DNA from: Negaprion brevirostris
Taxonomy: Eukaryota
Length of the DNA: 63,162 bases
NCBI GenBank assembly: GCA_030324005.1
Contig: JARDVH010000133.1
Span: forward strand, 31,585,164 to 31,648,325
Reading direction: 5' to 3'
Under the pieces are notes generated by a model. That model was not told the DNA's origin. It did no database searches and was given only the letters and a program-made list of their open reading frames with translations. Below, one piece after another: positions 1 through 10,061 of the stretch; within the stretch, counting starts at the first letter, position 1; every line of letters starts with the position of its first letter. Both the position numbers and the translations under genes were made by a program.

Positions 1-70
1 TAATCTTATCGAATGGCAGGGCAGGCTCGAAGGGCTAGATGGCCTACTCCTGCTCCTATTTCTTATGTTG

Positions 71-1250
71 TAGCTGGTACACACTGCTGTCACTGTGCAT
101 TGGTGGTGGAGGGACTAATTGTTCAAGTTGGCTGATGAGTGGGGGTGGGGGGCTGATGAAATGGACTGCTTTGTGCTAGATTGTGTCCAGTTTCTTGAGC
201 GCTGTTGGTGCCACATTCATCCAGGCAAGTAGAGGATATTCCACTACACTCCTGACATGCACCTTGTAGATGGTAGACAGGCTTTGGGGAGTCAGGAAGC
301 AAGTTGCTCTCTGCAGAATTCCCTGTTTCTGAACTGCTCTTGTAGCCATCTTATTTATATGGCTGGTCCATTTCAGTTTCTAGAAAATAGTAACCTCCAG
401 GATAATGCTAGGTAAGGATTCAGTGATTACTAAGCTGTTGAATGTCAAGGGGAAATGGTTAGATTCTCTTTTGTTGGAGATGCTCATTGCTTGACACTTG
501 TGTAGCGCAAATTTTATTTACTTTTTCTTAGCCCCAGGATGAATATTGTCCCAGTGTTGCTCCATATAGTAACAGACTGCCTCAGTATCCGAGGTGTTTG
601 CAAATCGTATTGAACATGGCAAACATCAGCGAATATTCTCTCTTCTGATCTTGCAATGGGAGGAAGGTCACTTTGAAGTATTGAAGATGGTTGGGCCTAG
701 GACATGACCTGAGAAGAGGCAGCAGTGATGTCCTGGGACTGAGATTGGCATTTAACAACCACAACCATCTTTCTTTGTGCTAGGTAGGACTTCAGTCAAT
801 GGCGTTTTCCCCTGATTCCCACTGACTTCACTTTTACTAGCGCTCTTTGATGCCACACTCCGTCAAATGCTGCCTTGATGTTAACAGCAGTCACTCTCAC
901 CTGATCTCTGGTGTTCACCTTTTTGGCCATGTTTGAACCAAGGTTCTAATGAAGTAGCCTTGCTGAAATTCAGTGAGCAGGTTATTGCTCTGTAAGTGTC
1001 ATTTGATGGCACCATCACCAACACCTTCCTTCACTTTGCCAATGATAAAGAGTAGACTGATGCGGCAGTGAATGGCTGGAACAGATTAGATCCGTTTGTT
1101 GTAAACAGGACAATCTACCACAATGTCAGGTAGATGGCCGACACTGCAACTGTACTTAAACAGCTTGGTTAGGGACATGGCTAGTTTTGGAGGACAAGTC
1201 TTCAGTACTATTGCCAGGATATTGTCAGGACCTCATAGCCTTCGCAGTAC
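71..1250 (-). mobile_element. Degenerate non-LTR retrotransposon RT fragment (CR1/L2 group)
   Basis: Minus-strand remnant AVNIKAAFDGVWH (~853-890) matches the RT motif D.xxAFDxVxH; many stops; same family at 16670-17130 and 52850-54244. Confidence 0.75.
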
Positions 1251-1269
1251 CAAGACCTGGACATAAGTA

Positions 1270-1680
1270 TACAGGCCAAAATTTTTAACATTGCAAGTGA
1301 CATGAAGCTCAGAACAATAGTAAAAATGAGGAGGATATTAACATATTTCAGGTGAAATAGGCGCATGGCAGATGAAATTTCATTCAGAGGAGTACAGAAA
1401 GGTGCATTTTTCTTTTAGGAAGAATGAGGTGTAATACAAATTAGCTCATACAATAATTTCAAAGTTGGCGCAAGAGCAGAGAGACCTGGGCGTTTATATA
1501 CACAAACATAAAGGTGGAAGGACAAGTTGAGAAGGCTGATAAAAAAGAGCGTGTAGGTTATTCGTCTTTAACAACGAAAGCATAGAGTATGAAAACTTGT
1601 GCTCAATCGCTATAAAACAGTGATTAGGCCTCAGCTGGAATAGTTGTTCAATTCTGGACACCACACTTTGGGAAAGCTAT
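1270..1680 (+). mobile_element. Degenerate CR1-type LINE fragment
   Basis: Decayed match to the RT C-terminal region seen better preserved at 34624-35672 (GACCTGGGCGT..., AGGCCTCAGCTGGAATA..TTCTGG). Confidence 0.65.
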
Positions 1681-2074
1681 AACATTTAATTCAGAACAGC
1701 GCACAATGCTCCATCGTGGAAAATTGGCATTGTAAAGTTCCCTTCACTTTAAACAGAGTCCCAAAGCCAAATATGAGTCCTGATCAATGGCCACGTGAAT
1801 CCCAAGCCCAAATTCCAGACACCTCAAAATTAAAAACAACCACCTTCCTCCATTTCTTAAGTTCCAGAAATTGTTCAGCTGCTCCCATCCTGCACAAGGG
1901 GGAAGGGGACGAAACTGCACAAATAGAAGCATTTGCCACCGAAAGGAATCAATGATCCCCAAGTGTACCATGCAAAATAAGGAAGAAGAATCTGGTGATC
2001 CAATGGATCACTTGGTACCAACTCAATGCGGGTTCCTGCTATTTGTGCACTTTTGATCTTTTATGTTGAACAAC

Positions 2075-2525
2075 CCCGCGCACCCACGGAGGGATCAAGG
2101 TACATTCAGTGCAAGCTGGCAGTGAGGTCGAGGTAGATACCGACCTGAATGAGCAGAGCCCGGCCGCAGTAACTCAGGAAGCTGGATCCGGGGCGGCTGC
2201 CGAGCAGGAGGCAGCCCAGCAAGGCAAGGACGACGGCGGCGAAGGCGATCCTTGTGCCGCGGCCGCCGCCATCAGCAGCCTGGGTGCGGGACGCAGAGGG
2301 ACCGCAGCGGAGCAGGGCTTCCAGCACCCGACTGCGCTCCAAGGCGGAGGCAGGCAGCAGCCGGCTCCGGTACAGCTTCTCGAACTCGCCGTCAAAATAG
2401 GAGAGCTTCCTGGACAAAGGCAGCGAGCGCAGCCCCGAGCAGCTCCTGCCCCGGCGAACCACCATCTCTGCCTCTCTCCCTCTGCCAAAATCACAGGCAT
2501 CGCCTTAAAGTGGGGGCGGGGTGGG
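2075..2525. promoter_or_regulatory. CpG island / promoter with Sp1-type GC box (GGGGGCGGGG at 2512-2521)
   Basis: The only strongly GC- and CpG-rich stretch in an otherwise CpG-depleted window. Confidence 0.75.
2145..2465 (-). CDS. Probable first coding exon of an unidentified single-pass membrane protein (MVVRRGRSCSGLRSLPLSRKLSYFDGEFEKLYRS...IAFAAVVLALLGCLLLGS...CGRALLIQ)
   Basis: ATG in good context (GAGATGG) inside a CpG island; hydrophobic TM-like segment; donor CAG|GTCGGT at 2143-2144 (phase 0); GC box about 50 nt upstream. Confidence 0.65.
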
Positions 2526-2718
2526 AACATCTCACACACAGCCCAACAAAATATACAGCACGCAAATAGAAATATATCTGCATCACTGCCAGAATACATC
2601 TTTCCCGCTGTTATAATGGCTATAATAACTTGCATTTATATAGCGCCTTTTTAGATATTGAAATTTTCCAAGGTGCTTCCGGGAAGCTGCACTCAAGCAA
2701 ACTTTTCGACAGAGTTAA

Positions 2719-3020
2719 TTTTTTCTAATCCAATTCAATCAAATCCAATTCAGAGTCTCAACAAATTGAGATATTCCTAATCCAAGCTGACAACACAGGG
2801 CTAGATCATAGTAAGAAGTCTCATAACACCAGGTTAAAGTCCAACACGTTTATTTGGTAGCAAAAGCTACTAGCTTTCTGAGCGCTGCCCCTTCGTCAGG
2901 TGAGTGGGAATTTCATTCATTTGGGCTTGTTCTACATGATCCATGATTGGAGTAGGCATTTACCTCCTCCAAGGCTTGATCTCATTTGCATCTTAGCCAA
3001 AAGGCCAAGATGCCGCTTTT
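2719..3020 (-). mobile_element. Repeat with U2 snRNA-like 5' segment and GATTGAATTG-type tail, interrupted by a Penelope-like end
   Basis: 2990-3010 reverse complement TCTTGGCCTTTTGGCTAAGAT matches U2 nt 7-27 with one mismatch; no branch-site recognition or Sm region follows. Confidence 0.6.
2811..2909 (-). mobile_element. Penelope-like terminal repeat fragment with minimal hammerhead-like motif
   Basis: Shares ACACCAGGTTAAAGTCCAAC...TAGCTTTC with 17823-18130 and 36229-36352; minus strand reads CTGACGA-A-GGGGC AGC GCTCA-GAAA-GCTA. Confidence 0.65.
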
Positions 3021-3080
3021 AAAAATCGCTTCAAATGAAGCTAAAATGCAACCTAATGACTTCAACCAAGTAAATTAAAC

Positions 3081-3273
3081 CAATTTAGCATGGCCAATCC
3101 ACCTAACACACAAATCTTTGGACTGGGAGGAAACCAGAGCACCCGGAGGAAACCCTTGCAGACACAGGGAGAATATGCAAACTTCACACAGACAGGGACC
3201 CAAGCTGGGAGTTGAACCCAGGTCCCTGACGCTGTGAGGCAACAGTGCTAACCATTGTGCCACCATGTCGCCC
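3081..3273 (-). mobile_element. HE1-type V-SINE (tRNA-derived head plus V domain)
   Basis: Head GGTGGCACAATGGTTAGCACTG..GGGTTCAACTCC and core GGGTTTCCTCCGGGTGCTCTGGTTTCCTCCC; other copies in the window. Confidence 0.85.
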
Positions 3274-4117
3274 ACGAGAGATCTTGAAGGTTGTTAGATT
3301 GGAGGAAATATAGAGCTTTGGAGTTCTTAGGTCATTGCGAGATTGAAAACAAGAATGAGAATTTTAATATCAAATGATAACCAGCTCTCCACCAAAATTG
3401 ATTTCATACATGCTCAGTGTCAGAGTGAAAGGAGATGACAGGTTGACAGTGTGTGTTGTGTTAGCTTCTTTTAGTTGTAGAGGAGATTATTTGAACGGTT
3501 AGTATTGGTCTCNNNNNNNNNNNNNNNNNNNGTGGGAGTTGGAGGAGATGCTGTCCCGGAGAGGATGAGAAATCAACCAGTATCCTAGATCCTATCCAGA
3601 TATTCCTTTTGGAAAGTGAATTGATTATGGATGCCAGGGAAGCCTATCAGTTTGATTCTTTGTCAAATGCAAATATATGCTCAGATATATCCCAAAAAGA
3701 AACTCAACAATCAATTATAGGATGGCACAGCACAGGAGGAGGCATTTGGACCCATTGAGTCTGCATCAGCACTTTCAAAGAGAAATCTAGTTGGTTCCAC
3801 TTTCCTGTTCTTTCCCCAAATCCCTGCCATTTTAAATACTTTGAATATTTGTTCAATATCCTATTAAAGACAATTGCTGAATTTAGATCCACTCTTGTCT
3901 GAGCCAGTGCATTCCAAATCCTCACCACATGTTACACCTTTGGTTCTTTTGCCGATCACTTTAAACCTATATTTTCCCATTCTTGACTCTTCAGCTATTC
4001 AGGCACTGAAAATTACAGGCAACCAGGGAGAACTGCTAGAAAAAGGACATAAGTCAGACACAGCCATTTGTCTTATTTCTATTCTTGTGAAATAATGAAA
4101 CTGAGTATAAAATACTT

Positions 4118-4870
4118 TGATGATACTATGCCTTTAAGAAATGTATCCAAATCCTATTTCTTGTGAAGAATATATTTAGAACTCAGCTCTGTTAATGGTA
4201 CCGATTTGTCTGCACCAGGCATCCCAGATGCTGAGAATGCAGGAGACTAATTCATTTTGGATAGTGGGATATTTGTTTTAATCTGAGCTAATGCATTTGT
4301 GTGTATTTTAGAGTTTACCTCTGGGGTTTCAGAGTTGGGTTTAATTAGGTTGATTGACAAGAGGCAGTCATGGGACTGGTTGGAGCTAACTTACAGAGAA
4401 AAGCTGACAGTTTCTGCTTGGGTCTGCGAGGAACAAGATGTCTTTATCTCTCTCTCTGGAGTCTACTATTTGGGACTTGCTAGAAAAGGTCTCTCTCTCT
4501 CTCTCCAGAGGTGTTCTGGAGGCCTGAAAATTGGCAGTCCACCTACCAGCATGCAAGCCAGTGTTGCTTACTAACTGATTTTGAAGGAGAGCTTAAGTCT
4601 ATGAGGAATATTGCTTAAATTGGAACTAACAATATAGGTTAGCTGTTAATTGCATTGTCATGTTCAAATATTTCACTTGGTTACAGTTAATTTATTTGTT
4701 ATATTTATATTGTTAAAATAAATTTTGTTTTTATAAAAGTTTCCTAGTGTGTCAATCGGATCACACCTGGAGTGAAACACCTTATCCTCACACTACTATC
4801 AAAATAAGAAATAGTTGGGGTCTAATCTAACTTCACAATATGTCCTGGGTTTCCGATCTGATCCTGAATA
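4118..4870 (+). mobile_element. Probable solo LTR (Gypsy-type)
   Basis: Starts TG..ATACTATGCCTTTAAGAAATGTAT; related opposite-strand copy ends at 7862 (shared TAAGAAATGTAT and TTAGGTTGATTG); internal AATAAA. Confidence 0.5.
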
Positions 4871-7530
4871 TCGCGCAAGACAAAAACACTTGCGCGTGCA
4901 CATGGAGTTCTAACACCCAACTGTAATGGTTTATTCTGGTTTTTTGGAACAAATGTATACACATGGCCTCAAAAGGCTGATATTACACTCCTCCCCCTAA
5001 TGAAAAAGTTACACAATGTTCAAAATCTGTACAACATTTCTTATTTTTCAATTATTTACAAATCAAACTTAAACATGCATTTCTTGATAACTCCTTTCTT
5101 CACCAAAAGTTTCAGAACTTTGGGAAGGACCTTAACACATTTGGACCCGAGTCTGAGGTGAAGGTTTCTCCAACAAGGACTAATTCTGCCCTTGACCTTC
5201 AATTGAAATTTCCACTTCATCAGACATGCCTCTCTGACTCAGGTCAAGGGGTGGATTTACAATGAAACACTGTGCCTAGGAACAGGGCTTTGATGAACTG
5301 GGAGAAAAGGAGGGTGGGGGTGAGGTATGCCAGATGGTGGCTTTGGGACACCAATCAGAGCCTGACAGCTCTGAATTTGCTGCTATGCTCAATTGGGCAT
5401 GGATTGGTGGAAACCTGAGAGTGGGAAAACACTGTGCAAGATCATTGAGAGTTGGTGACTTTGGAGGAAAAAGCATCAGTAATGATAATCTCTAGCAGGC
5501 AAGTTTTTAACCAGTGTTGAGGAGGCCAGACAGCCTGAGCCAACAGCAAGATTGTGAGCTTACCTTGGGAGTTGTGAGCTTACCTTGGGAGGTGTGAGCT
5601 GGCAAGGGCCAAGCGAGGAGTGCAGGCACTGGCCGGCGGTCATCGAGGGAGTGGGGGAGGGAGGGGGTGACTCTCAACCCCCCATACCAGGGCTGAGGAA
5701 CACTGGATAATAAGGGCAAGCCAAGGCATACCATAGTGAGGAGCCAGTAAGCCAGCAAAGCAGAAAGGTCATCAAATGAGAAGGAGCAATTTGAACCCCA
5801 GGATTGAGAAGGGCAAAGNNNNNNNNNNTTCAGAAAATGCATTCGTTTAAACCAAGATCGATCATTCAATAAGAAGTGAAACTATCAATCTGGCAGTCAA
5901 AAACACAGAAAACTGAACATGAGGCAAAAAGATGAAGCTAAGCAAAAAGATAGCTTGTCATTTTACTTTGGAAAGTTTGAACTGAGCAGTGTCTAAACTG
6001 CACACTCATCTTCATCCACCAAAAATATAGGTGAATTAACTGGTGACATCAAACTGCAATTTTCAGAGATACCATATCACCAGAGAAAGTTGAAGAAGAA
6101 GAAACAGACTCTGAAATAGAAATAGAACTACAAGATACTGCTCAAACATCTGCAGCTGAACTAAGGGAAGAAACTTACCCCAAAGACATTGCCTGATGGC
6201 CAAAAACTGTTCCACTGAGTATGACTGAATATTCCATAACAAATAGAACAGAGAACATAGGGAATATGGAAAAATTGAAAAAAAGAGTTTGATGTTAGAG
6301 GCTGAAAGCAGTTTAGAAGTCTTCACAACTCCCATTTTGTGAGGGTGAAGAGAAATGGCATGACAGAAACGAGAAATTGGTCAATTTTATTTTTCAAAAA
6401 TCTCTAAAGCAAGCTACTATTATATTTGCAAATTATTGCTCGACTGGAGTAAAGTGAAACAATCATTTGCCGACGGGTCCTCTAACTGAAGAGACGTTGG
6501 AAGAAATCTTGCTGACGATGAAACTTTCAAAAGTCATATTAAGCCTATTTGTGTTTTTGTTTAAAGATGTAAATCATCTGGAAGAATTGATTCTGAGTTA
6601 TCAGCTCAGTTTGAAAGGAATGTTCTTACTGGAGGAAAGTGTTGATAAGTGTTGTTGCCACAGTCAGACTGATGTATTTGTTGGGACTTCCTTTAAGAGG
6701 ACGTGATGGGTCATCAGTGTCAAGTTGAAGAGGTAATTTTTTAGTCTGCCTTGAATATTTCAGTGAATTTGATGTGCTTCTGAAAGAGCATTTGAAAAGC
6801 TATCAATATTGTAGCTTAGGGAAGACTGACTTTTTAAACACATAGAGCCTATGATAACTTCATCAATGTAACGACAGAGCAGCTCAGAAACCAATTCACT
6901 AATGAAGTAAAAGACGCCAAATATTATTTCATACTTGTTGATTCAACATCAGATGTGAGTCATGTGGACCAATTAACATTCATTTTAAGATATATGACCA
7001 GCAATGGGGAAATTTCTCAGTTTCATCTAACACTTCTGAGTGACTGGAGACAACCATTTTGAAAATCATTNNNNNNNNNNNNNNNNNNNNNNNNNNNNNN
7101 NNNNNNNNNNNNNNNNNNNNNNNNNNNNNNNNNNNNNNNNNNNNNNNNNNNNNNNNNNNNNNNNNNNNNNNNNNNNNNNNNNNNNNNNNNNNNNNNNNNN
7201 NNNNNNNNNNNNNNNNNNNNNNNNNNNNNNNNNNNNNNNNNNNNNNNNNNNNNNNNNNNNNNNNNNNNNNNNNNNNNNNNNNNNNNNNNNNNNNNNNNNN
7301 NNNNNNNNNNNNNNNNNNNNNNNNNNNNNNNNNNNNNNNNNNNNNNNNNNNNNNNNNNNNNNNNNNNNNNNNNNNNNNNNNNNNNNNNNNNNNNNNNNNN
7401 NNNNNNNNNNNNNNNNNNNNNNNNNNNNNNNNNNNNNNNNNNNNNNNNNNNNNNNNNNNNNNNNNNNNNNNNNNNNNNNNNNNNNNNNNNNNNNNNNNNN
7501 NNNNNNNNNNNNNNNNNNNNNNNNNNNNNN

Positions 7531-7862
7531 AGAGAGAGAGCTTTCTTAAACAGCTTCGGTCAGCAACTGCTCTTGATTTTAAAAGTGAAACTAAAACACT
7601 GCTTTTCCTGCAAGTTTAGCTTCTCCCATTAATTACATGACTGCCAATCAACCTAATCAAAACCCTACTCCAAAACCCCAAGGGGAGCCAAGGTAAACAA
7701 AAATGCATTATCCATTTAGACAAACATATCGCTAGCTGAAATCAGTCATTATCCTGCATTATCAACATTTGAGCTGTCTACTCGCAGACAAATGGCTGAC
7801 TTTCAAACATACCCCTTACAAGAAACATGAAATACATTTCTTAGAGACACAGTAGCATCACA
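7531..7862 (-). mobile_element. LTR fragment (same family as 4118-4870) inserted in the hAT transposase, running into a gap
   Basis: Minus strand begins TGTGATGCTACTGTGTCTCTAAGAAATGTAT. Confidence 0.5.
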
Positions 7863-8448
7863 TAAGACTGAACAAAGCAAGCCCCTGTGCATTATTCATC
7901 CCTAGTTCCAGTCACTCCTTGAATTGAATATGCCACGCAGCAGCTGAACTGTATGAGGCAGCTCTAGATTATTTTATTTTGTTCAAAACTTGTATGCTTT
8001 TTTTTTAGTTTCCATGCATCGAAGGAACATACTGCAATCATGCTTACAGAAGGCACATCAAAAACATTTGATGGTCAAAAGAATTTGTAACACTGCTCAT
8101 GTCGCTGCTGCTTTGGCTTTGAAACTGAACTTTGTCAATATAAGGGAATACTTATCAGACATAGCCATGTTAAATTCAGAGTAAGTACATATGAAAGCTA
8201 AAGTAAAACTCTTAGCAGAGAAGTTTGAAAGGTACAATATTGCAGTTCTTACTGTTTTGTAGAACCATTTGCTTCAAAGAATCAATGCCATCAGCAAATT
8301 GCTGCAAAATGTTGATACATCTTTATTTAAATCTTCACAATTATTAGCCTGAGTTAAAAGTTTTGTAATGGAAGTTCAAAATGATTGTATCTCAGTGGAA
8401 GCAGAGGCAGGAACAAAGAATACAGGTCCCCTGATGACGTGAATGTTT

Positions 8449-8760
8449 AGCGTGGCACAGTGGTTAGCACTGCTGTCTCACAGCGCCAGGGACCCAAGTT
8501 CAATTCCGGCCTTAGGTCACTGTCTGTGTGGAGTTTGCACTTTCTCCCCACGTCTGCATGGGTTTCCTCTTGTTGCTCTGGTTTCCTCCCATAGTTCAAA
8601 AATGTGCAGGTTAGGCTGATTAGCTATGCTAAACTGACCCTAGTGTCAGGGGCATAAGCAGGGTAAATGCACGGGATTATGGGAATAGGGCCTAGGCAGG
8701 ATTGTGGTCGGTACAGACTCGATGAGCTGAATGGCCTTCTGTATTGTAGGGGTTCTATGA
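8449..8760 (+). mobile_element. HE1-type V-SINE, near full length
   Basis: GTGGCACAGTGGTTAGCACTG head, V domain, CR1-like tail ending GTAGGGGTTCTATG. Confidence 0.9.
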
Positions 8761-9171
8761 AAATAAGCAGCAGGAAGTTATTTTTTGAAGGAACTAGAGG
8801 CAATAAAATCACTTTAAAAAGGAAAGAGAAAATCACCGAGTCTGTCAATGTTATTTGTGACACAATAATGATGCAGAATAGAAGTGAATCTCTGAAAAAA
8901 AACTGTTGAATTATTTTCCATGCTTTTCAACAGAGGTTTGGACAAAAATGCTAAGAGCCACTGCAGTAACAAATTAACCGAATTCTAGCAGGAGGACATA
9001 GGCACAAATCCTTTTGAAGTTCCACTGAAACAATGAATTCATTTCATCGATAATGTGAGATCACCAGCTAATTTGTACAGACACGTATATGATGGTTTGC
9101 AGGCAGCCTTTCCAAATGTGGAAACCATTCTAAAAATATTTTTATCAATACCTGTCTGTGGAATATTCTCT

Positions 9172-9490
9172 GTATTTTGACTTGATTTATTGTCATGTGT
9201 TGGTATACAGTGAAAAGTATTGTTCCTTGCATGCTATACAGATAAAGTGTACCATTCATAGAGTACATAGGGGAGGAGGAAAGAAGAGGGTGCAGAATAT
9301 TGTGTTACAGTTATAGCTAGGGTGTAGAGAAAGATCAACTTAATATAAGGTAGATCCATTCAAAAGTCTGACAGCAGCAAGGAAGAAGCTGCTTTTAGGT
9401 CAATCGGTACGTGATCTGAGACTCTTATCCTTTTCCCGATGGAAGAAGGTGGAACAGCGTATGTCTAGGGTGTGTGAGGTCCTTGATTAG
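9172..9490 (-). mobile_element. Rex1/Babar LINE 3' fragment
   Basis: Reverse complement of the 3' end at 15675-16065 (CAATAAATCAAGTCAAAAT tail). Confidence 0.7.
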
Positions 9491-10061
9491 AGGATGGAAA
9501 AGAGTTTAAAATTATCTGCGATGTACGATGAGTCAGGAATCTTTGATAAGTTCAGCAATACTAATGATTGAAAATGCATCCTTATAAGATTTTATCTATG
9601 AAGATGCAATTGGTGGTTTTGCAAAGAAAAAGTGCAGAAGAAAATCTATCTAAATTGCCATGGATTGCACACAACTGATGAAGCAAGAAAATCTTAAAAA
9701 TATGTCCTTTCTCTATACTCCCTTGTTTAAATTCTGTTTTTCAAATGGGACCACCATTTGTTGGTCTGATATCATAGCTGCCACATGCAGACAGTTATAA
9801 CTGGCGAGTAACTGCTGTCCCCCTTCGCTGTCAATACTGGCTTTCAGAAAGTCTGTTCTGGACGAAGAGTGGGATCCTGCCAATAGTTGCCAGCAAAGCA
9901 ACTTGGACTTGAACTCACTGGACTCTATTTGATTGGAGTATTTGCTCCTGCACTGGCCTGTACTGTGCTGGAGTTATTGGCTGGTTTCTCCAACTCATTG
10001 CTTATCGACCAGTTTCATGTTTTCTCGCCTTAAGACGTATAGATTGCAATATTGACTGTAG

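Noticed and set aside
2109-2654. Overlapping ORFs 2109..2654(+), 2174..2635(-) and 2252..2569(+)
   Set aside because: Low-complexity products of GC-rich sequence; only the 2465(-) frame has Kozak context, a TM segment and a donor
2975-3012. Functional U2 snRNA gene
   Set aside because: Only about 30 nt match, the match is interrupted, and the branch-recognition region, Sm site and 3' stems are absent
7040-7619. Long ORFs made of X (also near 13000, 17900, 25600, 37000, 54250 and 60750)
   Set aside because: Artefacts of N gaps
8449-8520. tRNA genes at SINE heads (also ~3200, ~48100 and ~59600)
   Set aside because: A/B boxes run straight into SINE bodies; no complete cloverleaf
5870-9655. 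Domesticated hAT-derived gene (ZMYM1/ZBED-like)
   Set aside because: Many stops, frameshifts and nested insertions; TIRs and TSD indicate a dead transposon
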